Assembly (NCBI GenBank): GCA_951406725.2
Contig: OX597817.1
Span: 111,104,001 to 111,168,000, forward strand
Origin: Octopus vulgaris
Lineage: Eukaryota
Length of the DNA stretch: 64,000 nt
Direction of reading: 5' to 3'
Shown here: piece after piece, positions 1 through 11,600 of the stretch
Numbering within the stretch: position 1 is the first letter of the stretch
Layout: every line of letters starts with the position of its first letter
Notes under the pieces: generated by a model
What the model saw: the letters and a program-made list of their open reading frames with translations, nothing else
What the model was told of the DNA's origin: nothing
The model's database searches: none
Program-made: the position numbers and the translations under genes

Positions 1-232
1 GCACTACTTCAGTTTTACTTGGCAGGTCACCATTTGTACTTACCAGCCGTTCAGCATACAAAAGCTACAATGATATGGACACTGGAACAAGGAAAATAGA
101 AAAAGGGCCAGCCCAAGAATGTCTGGCATCACACATTCAAGTGAAATCTCAAATGCACAAAGACTAGTTGAACAGGAGTAGAAAGAACTTCAGCAGATTG
201 ATTGTACATGAAGAGGACCTAACTCTAAGTAA
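1..232 (+). mobile_element. Decayed 3' end of an RTE-clade LINE
   Basis: Frame +1 reads LAGHHLYLPAVQHTKATMIWTLEQGK*KKGQPKNVWHHTFK*NL...VERTSAD*. This matches the RTE ORF C-terminal pattern (W.GH..R......W...G.R.RGRP..TW....DL....A.DR..W), with in-frame stops. Confidence 0.75.
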
Positions 233-1459
233 TACACTGATTTATATAATTGGTGAGAGTAATTAGAATAACAATTATTGTCTGTTTTTGCCTCACCATA
301 AAATTCTATGAAAATAGGCATTTTGTTACCCCATTTAATCCAAAATTATTTATGTTTAGAAGATTAGATAATACAACATCAGTAATTGCTCCACTATCAT
401 CCAATTTAGCATCTCATATATATTAAGGTCAATTAAATTCACTCGTGTTCCCAAGCTTTTGTTTCTCAGCAAGAAATCACCATCCTCACTGTCATTATTA
501 GGTCAGTAGTGTGGCAATACATACCTTTACATTTTGGGTTAATAAAATAACGTAACAGTTAAGAACTTGAGTCAATTTAAATTACTACACTCTGTCCTCA
601 AAATCTGTGAGAAACTGAGTTTAAAACCTATAAATGTCAGCTTTTCCTTTCACTGTTAAAGCAAGTTCTAGTCAAATACTGGGATTGATTACATTTACTT
701 ACCTTTACTATACAATGAATGATCATGTGCCAAATTTATGTGTTATATTCTGGAGGAATAATGTAGGGATAATGTATAATTATCAGAAATTCTTGACCTG
801 GAAGTGCTACTGAGAGGCAATACTGGTTTGAGATAAACTTTACAGGCATGGAATTGCCATGAATAAGCCTGTCCAAGATACATACAGAGCAACAAAATCA
901 TTCCGCATGCACTCATTCTTTGTTCTAGCATTACCGTTTTATGGAGTTATGTTCATCAACTGGTGTTGTGTATAGGAAAGATTTAGTTATCAACTGAATC
1001 TATTGAGAAAATTGCTCCACCACCTCTTTCCTTTAACTGTCAGAGGTGGGCAGTTTTTCTCTGGTAGCAAATGTGAAATAGGTGCTGAAAGCACTTTCCT
1101 CTTCAACCCTTAAATTTAGAAAAAAATGTGAGGGTAGAGAAGAAAGTGCTATATTGCAGCAAATTTATTAAAAGGTGAGTTTCTGGTGAGAATGGCATGA
1201 GTGAATGGGTGTAATTTCAGCATGCATCGATTGGTTAAAGAATGTCATTTTGAAAGTTGATAGTTGAGGTTATCTTGACTCTGAGGAGTTATTTGATTGG
1301 CCCTAGTTGCCTCTTTTTTCTATTGGCTATAACATTTTTATCCTGTGTCTACTATTTTTATCTCATTCCATTTTTTTCATCCTATTTTCATGTAAACCAC
1401 CATATTTGTCTTTTTAATGTCTCATCCAACTGGCTTCCTCAAGACATATGATACCTCCA

Positions 1460-2025
1460 ATCCCTGTGGGGTTGATAAAATAAGGTACCAGTCATGTAAT
1501 AGATTCAATCTAATAGACTAACCCCCTTCTTCAAAATTTCAGGCCCTTTGCTTTATGCTAGAAACAATTATTTTCATCATTATCATCATCATCAAGACAG
1601 CAAGTTTGCAGATGCATTAGCATTCCAACAAAATGCTTAGTGGCATTTCGTCTGTTTTTACATCCTGAGTTCAAATTCTGCCTAGGTTGGCTTTGCATTT
1701 TATCTTTTCAAGATTAAAAGAATATCTACCAGTTGAGTACTGATGGGGAGGAGGTGGTCGATGTAATCAACTTGCCCCTCCTTCAGAATTACTGAACTTA
1801 ATATTATTAAGGTGGCAATCTAGCAGGATTGTTAGCACACCGGACAAAATGCTTAGCGACATTTCATCCGTCTTTACGTTCTGAGTTCAAATTCCACTGA
1901 GGTCGACTTTGCCTTTCATTCTTTTGAGGTCAATGAAATAAGTATCAGATATGCACTGGGATCAATGTAATTTAACTTACTCCTATCTCCCAAATTTCAG
2001 GCCTTGTGGTTTTAGGAGGAAGGAT
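1460..2025 (+). mobile_element. Three tandem copies of tRNA-derived SINE family A (1460-1570 partial, 1592-1800, 1808-2025)
   Basis: Shared motifs tggcagaa..gttagc, ctgagttcaaattc (B-box-like), gtcgactttgcctttcat, gataaaataagtaccag and aaatttcaggccttgtg, ending in TTA-type triplet tails. Confidence 0.85.
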
Positions 2026-2069
2026 TGTTGTTGTTGTTGTCATCGTCGTCGTCCTCCTCCTCCTCATTG

Positions 2070-2534
2070 TTCACCATTTGGTAGTTTCAGGTAAATTTCT
2101 ATTTCATCACCTGCTCCACCTCCACGTTGCTGGGATGTGTGCAGCATTGTGTATTCTTTTTTGTTGTTGGGATTGTGCAGACTCTTTGTATTGCATCAGT
2201 TTCTTTTTTTTATGGAGTGTGGTGCAATCTTTTGTTGTATATATGTTTGTATTATGTGTAATGCATTGGGTAGTTGGCATGCTGGTGGTAGTTTATTTTA
2301 TTGGATATTTTCTATATAGAGCCTGTCTTGTGTTTGTGAATTGTTTTGTTTTGGTTGTATTATCGAATTGATAGTCTCTTGTGTAGGATATGGGTTGTTC
2401 CTAACAGGCCTATTTTTGGATAGTGTGTAGTGTTGTGGATCCAGGTATAGCTTCTACGTTTTTGTTCATGTGATTTTTATCATGCCTAATGTTCTAATTA
2501 TTACTGGTATTGTTTTCACCTTCATGCCCCACAT
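2070..2534 (-). mobile_element. 5'-truncated R4/Dong-like LINE: C-terminus of the restriction-like endonuclease region plus 3' UTR
   Basis: Minus strand 2534-2360 reads MWGMKVKTIPVIIRTLGMIK/NKNVEAIPGSTTLHTIQK/LLGTTHILHKRLSIR* across frameshifts. This matches the R4/Dong C-terminus (IPVIIGALG...IQK..LLGTAHILR). Both sides are flanked by triplet microsatellite. Confidence 0.8.
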
Positions 2535-3943
2535 ATTATTATTACTATCATTTGTTATTATAAACCTTACTTTTTATACTGCTTACTGTATTATTTAAAA
2601 TGGTATGAATGTTCAGAATTTCTACCGGAAACAATTTTGTAAAACAAAAACGAATTACAGCATTCTACTGTTGAAATTCTGCTATGACTTATTTACTATT
2701 CTATTTCTTCCATCTTTTCAAAAATGTCGTGAATATTACTTGCAACTTACAACTTACACAGCTCTCAACTTTTATAGTGTTCAGGATTTTATTAGCTACC
2801 AATTTCATTGGTTATTTTCTAGTTTCTTGAATTTTTCTGTGGCTTGACGGAGTATTTCATTGGATGGCCACAGACATTCCTGTGTGTTATTTGCCATCGT
2901 CTGAATATCTAGATATCAGTGACTGTTGCACCTCCCATGATTAATGATATGAAGGTGCAGTTGTTTAAAACTAACACCATGTATTAATCACTAAAGAACC
3001 CTTTCTAAAAATGTAATTCTGAACAGCATGTCTTCACTTCATAGAATGCAGTACCTTTGCTGCAGATAATACCATGTCTCAGCATGAAGGGGAGAAAATA
3101 AATATATGCTCTTCATGGTTACATTTCAAGAAAAGACCCATGGAGCGAAGCAGATAGTTGTTAGGTTCATTTGTAACATTTGATTTAGTTTTAAACTGTT
3201 GTGCTTAAATATAGTTATAGATGGGAAGAAGGATGGGAAGAGTGTTTCTGCCTTCATAAGTTTCTTGTAGATCAACAAAAGTGTGTCATGAAAGCAGTGG
3301 TATAGTGCATCATGGTCTTAATTTTACCATTTCTTCAGTTGGGATAAGAAATTTACCCTCTTCCTGTCACAAGCAATGTTAAGATGTGATGAAATAACAA
3401 AGGCAACTAATGTGTAACAGTATAGAGACTATACATGCATTTCTTATCTTTTATAGTTTCATTTCATTGATCAGTTCAGTTATCCAATAAAGATATTGAT
3501 TGAGATTGCAACAGCAGTGTTTACTAATAAATCTCAGTTGGAAATAAAAATATCTCAAATCTTTATATTTATCATTTTGAGTTCTTGATGTGTATTTTAG
3601 TTACAAAAGTCATACTGCTTATGAAAATATGGAAGCTACAATAAAATAGACTGGAATATAAAAACAAAATCAGAAGGTAAATGTAGCCAAAACTATATAA
3701 TATTAGTCTGTAGTAATCTTTCGAACCCTAACATGTTCAGAACAAAGGAAAACGATAATCTGTTAACAAAGTGTTAGCGCTAAGCAGTGTTTAGACATGA
3801 GTAGAATTAGTTAAGTTGAAATATGTTTGTCATATATTTCAACTGCTAAAAGACCAATACACTGAAGTTACCCTGGAGAATATATCTCTCTTATGGTAAG
3901 GTGTGAAAACACTCAATTTGTTCAGTGTCCCCATCTATTAGAA

Positions 3944-3990
3944 ATCTCAGACATCGATGTTTCGTACTTCTTGGCTCTTGTCAATGAGAT
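3944..3990 (-). ncRNA. Minimal type I hammerhead ribozyme, U3-A8 core variant
   Basis: Minus strand: AUCUCA-UUGACAA-GAGC caagaa GUAC-GAAA-CAUCGAUG-UC-UGAGAU. Stem I is 6 bp, stem III is the palindrome ACAUCGAUGU, the cleavage triplet is GUC, and stem II has one mismatch. Confidence 0.75.
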
Positions 3991-4201
3991 GTACCTAAGA
4001 GAGGCGACTCTGAATGAACTTATAAAGCCATAACTTTATGTATAATTCAGTCAACACGTTGACTGATTTGCGCTAGTAGATCACCTGACCAAGGGAAAAT
4101 AACAAAGTTTTAGTGCTAAGCAGTGTTTAGGCATAGTTTGACTGAATTATACATAAAGCTATGGTTTTATAAGTTCGTTCAGAGTTGCTTCTCCTTGGTA
4201 C

Positions 4202-4248
4202 ATCTCATTGACAAGAGCCAAGAAGCTTGAAACATCAATGTCTGAGAT
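4202..4248 (+). ncRNA. Minimal type I hammerhead ribozyme, U3-A8 core variant
   Basis: AUCUCA(4202-07) UUGACAA(4208-14) GAGC caagaa GCUU(4215-28) GAAA(4229-32) CAUCAAUG UC|UGAGAU(4243-48). Predicted cleavage is after 4242. Confidence 0.75.
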
Positions 4249-4589
4249 TCCTAATAGATGGCAACACTGAATAAACCAGGAGTTTTCACACCTTTTTACC
4301 ATAAGAGAGATATATTCTCCACAGTAACTGCAGTGTATTTGCCTTTTAGCAGTTGAAATATGTGACAAACATATTTCAACTTACCTAATTTCTCTCAATA
4401 ATCTATTAATTTAATATGTTATAAGACAAAAATTGCTGTGGGTTTGCTGCTGATAATGTTGCAGAGAATTAACATAAGCTGTACAGAAGTACAGCTTACA
4501 CTATGAGTAACCAAGACCTCAAGAGATTAATTGTCCTAATTGTCTGATTAAATTATTAGATAAAACATGCTTTTGAAGTATTATAATTG

Positions 4590-4960
4590 AGACTGGCTGT
4601 TGAGTGAGTGATAGTATAGTGACATCAGTATGGGATATTTGGAAGAAAGTGAGGACATCTATCTCATTTGCAAACAAAGAAATTCTTTTATGAAAGGTAA
4701 ATTTTATTACAAGTGCATTAAATATTTTCATGGTGTGAAGAATTTTCGCAATATAGTCAGATGACTGGAGAAAAATATGGTAGGAAAAGTAAAAAATAAA
4801 CATGTGAGGTAGATTAAATGAAAATATGTCAAAGTAAGTGATTGGAAATCAGAAGCATTAGATATTATCTGCTAGAGAACACCGCAACATAATTACGTGA
4901 GCATTACACACAGGGTTGAGTAGTAAAATTGAATGAAAGTGTATTGACCTGAAGCAGTTA
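4590..4960 (+). mobile_element. Heavily decayed RTE-like LINE fragment
   Basis: Fragmentary translation (GC..S.V....WKK.R...MKGK.Y..C.....HG) resembles the RTE post-RT region, with many frameshifts. Confidence 0.4.
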
Positions 4961-6725
4961 CATGAGAATAGAAATAATTAGGTTTCACAAATGATATGTT
5001 GGAACACATGTGGAGATACTCTCTATTTACAGCATTTTAATATATTTCACCAAGAAGAAAGATATATTAAACCAGTATTTAGGGTAATGATTGTCATATA
5101 TTATTGCTGATTTTTATGAGTATAATAAAAGTTAATGCTAGTATATGTATGTACATTGTACATGATATACCGACATTATAAATATGGATTTTCTGTATTA
5201 TATAGCTCTTCATATAATATTAACACTGAAGTCTTGAGAAACTATTGTTAATCATTTGCAATTTCTCTATAGTTAAAGAAATGTTTTTCAGTATTTTTGT
5301 ACTTTCAATAGGACAGTGGTGTGATTGCTATTTTAGAACAGTTCTTCTGAAATGTTTCTCATCTAGACCAATGACTTTCAAAATTTCTTAGATATCGACT
5401 ACACTGTTCAATAGATCATTTATAAAAACATATTTTTACTTTATTATTTTCATTTGTATTTTGATTAGTGATCTGCATGTTAAATGTGCAGAATACAATA
5501 ATAATAATTATAATTTATTGAGCACAATGCAACTTTTTAGTAAAAATATGTATAATATTTTCCATGTTAGTCAGGTTTATAATTCATCTATTGATGTTTT
5601 TATCTTCATTCATCTGTATTACAGTGAATTAACTTGTTCTGAACTTTAGACACTGATAACTGATGCAGGCTTTCCCTATTTTCAATGGACTCTAATTGTT
5701 TCACTTCAAGTCAGCTCTGATTGACAGACCTTTGGTTAAAGACTGTTCAGTTGTAACTATCCCTCCCTTTGGTGGGTATCTTGGACTATATTATTTAATG
5801 TGTGCCTTTGTAAGATGATGGAATATGAATTGTAAGAGATTTTGGCTGTTGTTCTAGCAAACTGATACCAGTATTCCTCTGTGGAATTTCATGTTTTCAC
5901 TATTTAAATGATTGAAGTGAAAGAGTATAAATACTGCTTTGATATTCTGCTTCTAATCTGGAGGATACTTCAAAATTTGTCTAAAATTAGCCATTAGTTT
6001 TCAAAAATTTTTTTAATATTTCTTCTTTAATAAAAAGTGAAAATGCTATATTTATTTATATAATTCATGCTTTCGCTATATCTCATTATTGCATAGTTGT
6101 TTTAGCCTTCCTGAAAGAATGGTTCAAATGATAATATTTTTCAGACATTTTATGATGTAACTGTTATGGTATTTCTCACCAAATCTAAAATATTTTCTCC
6201 TATGTTGTATGCACTCACATGTTCTGGCTTTGTATCTCCTTTGAATTCTATCATTTGCAAGGCATAAATATTTCAATAATTGATCACTGGTTGTATCTCC
6301 AATGGTTATTATTTTCCTCTTTCTATGATGCTTCTGATAATGGTTAGCCTTCATTTATGTTTGGCCACAGGTTTGGAATACTTCGTGCACTCAGGAGGCA
6401 TATGGTTGGGCAAACTTCCATGTCATAAAGAGCTATATTTACTTCATAGAGGATAGCTTATCTTCACTATTTACAAAGTTAAGATTCATCTAAATCAGAT
6501 TAAATACTAAATTACTTCTCTTTTTATAGTACTTTTGTGTTTGTTGCCTTCCAGAGCTGCCCTACACTATTTTCTCTACCATTCATTACATCTATTTTTT
6601 TTTTTCGTATTCACCATTCTTCATCTGCATTGTTTACTTGCTATTTGTTTTCATTTGTTAGATTAACATTCTGGTTTTTTTTTTCTGGTTCCTGAATTCT
6701 GCTAGTAAGTTTTCTTTCTGATATT

Positions 6726-6729
<4 letters not shown>

Positions 6730-6765
<36 letters not shown>
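6730..6765. repeat. (TG)n microsatellite
   Basis: Perfect dinucleotide run. Confidence 0.95.
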
Positions 6766-6767
<2 letters not shown>

Positions 6768-7225
6768 CTACATCTTTGCTTATTTATGTTTTTTGTTTGT
6801 TGGATTTTGTAAGCATATGGGTCTAAGCGTAGTGAGGAATTTAAAAAGATCATTCCACAGCCATATGGGGGTTGGGGTGTCATGTCCAATTTAAACTGCA
6901 TGGAACCTAGGACAGATATCTTGTGCCATTGCTGCAGATTGACTGATACCTTCTGAATGGAATTTAGTAGACAGAAATTGATATGGAAATGTGTCATACA
7001 CACATGCATGTACATATGTGTGTGCACACGTGCATGTGTGCTTGAGTATTTTTGTTTATGTACGTGAAAGATATAAACACAGACAAAAACCCAACAACTT
7101 TTACTGTAGAAAATGCAGTGAACCAGTGACTAGTGTATTTGAGGTCTATTATCAATGATAGTAATTGTTCATAAATAGTGATACATAATAAATATATATG
7201 CTTAAGATTTATTTTGTCTTGTTTA

Positions 7226-7279
7226 ATTTAGAAACAGCATTTTTTTACATGCATATATGCATATTTGTATGAGTCCATT
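7226..7279 (+). repeat. ~53-bp direct duplicate of 11010-11062
   Basis: atttagaaac(a/g)gcatttttt(t)acatgcatatat(g/a)catatttgtatgagtccatt occurs at both sites. Confidence 0.9.
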
Positions 7280-8180
7280 GCCTTCTGATTTATTGCAGTC
7301 CTTTGTCATTTTCTTTGCATGTTCAACTTATTGAAATCAGTTTTCACCACTTCTTCCCATGTTTTCCTTGGCGTTTTTTTTTTTATATTTTATTTTATAG
7401 GTTCCTTTCATACAGGTTGCTTAGATACTTCTTTACCCAACTGTCATCCTTTATATGCACTGCATGTCCATACCAATGTAGTCTTCTCTCTTGCAGGCTA
7501 CATCTGATTCCTCTTGTACCTAATTTTTCTGTCAGCTCACTTATGCTCTGTGATTCATAACATGAATTGTCCAGAAAAGCTTACTCTCTTCATTTCATTC
7601 CCTGTACTTAGCTTGCACTGCTCACATTAGTTACTTATCAACATCTAGTTTTCTTAGTGATCAACAGATGACAAAGCATAATACCTTTCCAAAAGCTTTC
7701 TCTGTATTGACAGTTACTAGGAATGGTAATTATCTCTTAACTAAGAACTTTTCCTGTAGTGTTCTCACTAGGAAGTGGACATTAGTGTTACCTAGTCTTG
7801 GAACAAAAATGATACTGCATTTCATCTAAAATAATTTCTCTTCTTAATTAGTTGTGCTATAATTCTTTTATAATTTGCATAATCTGGTCTGTTAATTTCA
7901 TGCCTGTGTAACCTCTCTTTTGTCCTTCATAATGATGCTATTCCAATCATTGGATATGGCACCTCCTTGATTGGCATGCATGTAAGTTGTACATTTCTTA
8001 CTTTGCTGAATATTTTGGCATCTCAATAACTGATTCAGTAACTTTTCTTGCTTTTATAACTTTGTATTTTCAACCCTAGAGCTGTTAATTTCCATATGTG
8101 GTTCCCATGTTGTACCTATTTGAGTTGGTCTCTCTGTCCCCGTCCCCCATGTATTATTGACATTGAGCAACATCTCTTAC
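7280..8180 (-). mobile_element. Internally deleted RTE-clade LINE (RT domains joined to C-terminus)
   Basis: Minus strand reads YTGMKLTDQIMQ..., LDEMQY/FVPRLGNTNVHFLVRTLQEKFLVKR*LPFLVTVNTEKAFGKV...SLRKLDVDK (the RT FVDLEKAFD region). It then jumps to ELTEKLGTRGIRCSLQERRLHWYGH...PRKTWEEVVKTD. Confidence 0.85.
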
Positions 8181-8535
8181 TCAAAACTTGTTCAGAACAA
8201 TACTTAGAAATTGCTAAAATGCTTTTGCCTTTTGTTTCACTAACATATACCACATTTTAAAATATCGAATATTAATATTTTGTTTGTCAAGCTAACAAGG
8301 GACTCTGTATAATGTTTTGCTTATTAGAAATTAAATGCAGCCTGCCATTTGAAAAACAAACAAAATGAAGAACATCTTATATAATGTGGTTCTTGATACA
8401 CCATGTCTGAATAAAAAAAATGAATGATGATAGCTGGAAGATCTTTGACTATACACCTACTGGATCTGGCATGACCTGGGTCGAAACAACAACGATAAAA
8501 ATACCTGTTGTTGATTCTTATTATATTAAAAGGCT

Positions 8536-8685
8536 ACCAAATTTAGGACAATGAATATTTTATCAATCATTATGTGTTGATGTATTAAGCATGTGTTATT
8601 CTTTAAAGCAAAAAACATTTCAACATTGAAAACTGCAGATATAAAATACATGAAAAAATTAAAATCAAACACATTCCAAAAAATA
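8536..8685 (+). repeat. ~150-bp inverted duplicate of 11241-11389
   Basis: accaaatttaggacaatg...aactgcagatataaaatacatgaaaaaattaaaatcaaacacatt is the reverse complement of 11241-11389, with only a few mismatches. Confidence 0.92.
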
Positions 8686-11600
8686 AACTGACCACAAAAA
8701 CAAAATAATAATAATAGAGCCTTTTGTTCTCAGTTTATTAAGATGCTTACCAACAAGCCATTAGTTTTTATGACACTGCCTTTTTGACAAGTATGTGTAA
8801 TGAGCAACAATGGCAGAGGGAGGCGGGCAAGATAAATATATGACAAATTATGCAAAAAGTTAAATCATCAGTCTTTTATTCTTTTCCTTGCCATACTCAT
8901 TCTACTGTAGCCATAACTTGAGTACTGCTTTCAAAGGCATAGTTGATTATATCAACAACAGTAGTTGACTGGCACTTATTTTATCAACTTTGGAAGGTAA
9001 CAGGCAAAATATACCTAAGAGAGTACAGAGGACAAAAGAGGTGTAACCATATTTTACAAGTTTTTTTTTGTTTTAAGCATAACTGTTTCTACTATTCACT
9101 TGCCATACAATACTCAAAAATATTAGGCAAGTTCACCCATTCCAAATCAGTAATACTTGGAATCCCATTAGCTAAATATTTTAACAATAAAGAATCATTG
9201 TGATGATATTTAACATTTGTTTATTTGTTTTTTAATTAAGACAATTAAGTAGCCAGGAGATGCATTGAGCAAGCTGACAGGACAACAGAGAAGGCACAAA
9301 TTAATTTTGTTGTTGATGGATTCATTTCAGTAATATGAGAAAAGGAGTAACCTTATTGATTCAGAAATAACCTGAGCAAGCTTTCACATAATGCCTTATT
9401 TAGTAACCTGACAATGAGTCAGTTTGAATGAACAAGTATTTATTAATGTTTCTGTGATGGAGAAATTTAACTGCATACATTTATGTGCTTACATGCGTGT
9501 GTGTGTATGAATGTGCAATATATCGTGATTATATTAATTTCATATTAAAGAAATCTATTGGAGAGTACTTCCTGTAAATATTGGTATTTTATCAGGAATG
9601 CAACAAAAGCAATTGAGATAATCTTTTCAGACAGAAATAATAACAACAAATTTCACAGCTACTGATTTCCCATAGAATTCTCTCTCGCCCCCAAAAAATT
9701 GAATATAGAGGAGACATAATACATAAAATTTATAGGGAATGTTATACACCTGTTCTATGCACAGAATGGTGTGTGTTATGAGAGCATATTAATATTGGAG
9801 AAAACTTAATATTGCATAGATGAACTTCTGTCTCATTTCCTTTCATTCTTAATGACTTTTTTTTACAATAGTCACTAATATTGCAATATTAACTAATTGT
9901 AATGAACATCTCAATCTAATTTAAATGTATTGAGCCAATGAGAAAACCTTTATATTTCCCCTTGATCTATTAGAAAGTGTAGCCAAATTTTTCCTTTATC
10001 ACACTATGTCTTATAAAAAGAAGGACATATTGGATAATGATGCAGTTCTAAGCATTATCATCCAATGTGCTGTAACCTTCAAGGGTTATTAGCACCTTGA
10101 AATTGCAAAATTTGGAGCTAATAATCAGTGAAGTGCCATTCTGCAGCAGATGTTAACTTACTACTGGCAAAGTGGACAGGAGGAATGTGAAATGAAGTGT
10201 CTTTTGTAAGGACACACAGCACACTGCCCAGTCTAGAAACTGAACCCATGATCCTATAATTGTAAATCCCACAGCATATACTTGCAATAAAAAAGTGTAT
10301 AAATGGATACAATTTAATCATAGGTCAGTTAGATTAGTGCTAATCTGAGATGAGACAACAAAATTTTAATAGATAGAAAGAAATGTAGGTAATGGTATTC
10401 CCCTGATCATGATCGTCAACTTAAGAAATATGGTTGTTAGAAAACCTTTTATATAACATGTATATTCTGATGACTCTTGTGAGAAATTTTCTGCAAAATG
10501 TGCTAAAATTTCCTGTTTTACAAAATTTCCTTCTCATCCCAGAAATCCCACAAATCTAGTCTCAGATTCCCACACATTTTTATTTATTTATTTATTGTTT
10601 CAATGATTTCAGAAATAACGGAAAGATTTGATATGGATTCAAAATAATGCTTATCATTATTTCAATGACTCTACATGAGAAACAAGCCATAAATATTGGG
10701 TATCATTCCATTCTGATATATGCCATTTGTTAACTTATATCTGGGACTTAGCTGCTTTTTATAGCAGTTCGAACAAAAACATAGAAGTTCCCTTCTTGGC
10801 TTGCTATTTTCAAATGATCGATCCTATCAGAATATTGTTCTGTCATTTCTAATGAGCTACACACCACATAGTAATAAAATAATTGAAATAAAAGTGTTTG
10901 TTCTTTATCAAAGATACAAAGATTTGATATTTGTAATTTATCATCAGAGAAGTGATAGTTATGCAAAATTTTCAAGTCAGAAGAATATTGTAACTAGTTA
11001 AATTGATTTATTTAGAAACGGCATTTTTTACATGCATATATACATATTTGTATGAGTCCATTTATTCACCATGAAATTGTTTGAAGCTGAAAATAGCCCT
11101 GGAATCTTCATCTTTAATGGAACAGAAGTTAATGAAAAATGGTTAGAAAGATGCACTGAGATGGAAAACAGAAAACCATAGTGGTGATGATAACATAGAA
11201 TTATATCTAGTCACACACAAAACATTTACCAAAAGCTACATATTTTTTGAAATGTGTTTGATTTTAATTTTTTCATGTATTTTATATCTGCAGTTTTCAA
11301 TGTTGAAATGTTTTTGCTTTATAGAATAACACATGCTTAATACATCCACACATAATAATTGATAAAATATACATTGTCCTAAATTTGGTTTAATCTTTGG
11401 AATTAGCAGCAGAACTATGTCACTTTGAATTCTCATCTGTCATTTATGTCTCCTTAGGAACAGTTTTTGCTTTTGGATTTTTGTATTTAATCTTAAAGAA
11501 TATGGCTATTCTTAGCAATTTATGGAATATTGAACATACAACCAGACGTTGCTTTAGTCTTGCCAGTAAGAAAGTTTCTAAATGAATAATTAACACTTTG

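Larger units (their letters stand above)
3640..4397. mobile_element. Penelope-like element remnant: ORF C-terminus plus inverted pseudo-LTR pair
   Basis: A ~255-bp inverted repeat (3798-4054 vs 4138-4397) and a 35-bp direct repeat (3764-3798 vs 4100-4134). Each arm holds a minimal hammerhead. The upstream frame KIDWNIKTKS...NLLTKC*R*AVFRH weakly resembles the PLE GIY-YIG C-terminus. Confidence 0.65.

Noticed and set aside
2006-2371. Hydrophobic 121-aa ORF resembling a membrane protein
   Set aside because: It is a triplet microsatellite plus the antisense strand of an A/C-rich LINE 3' UTR.
10461-10503. CUGAUGA-CUC uugu GAG-AAA motif
   Set aside because: Stem II and G12 compete for the same G, position 17 would be G, and there is no consistent stem I.
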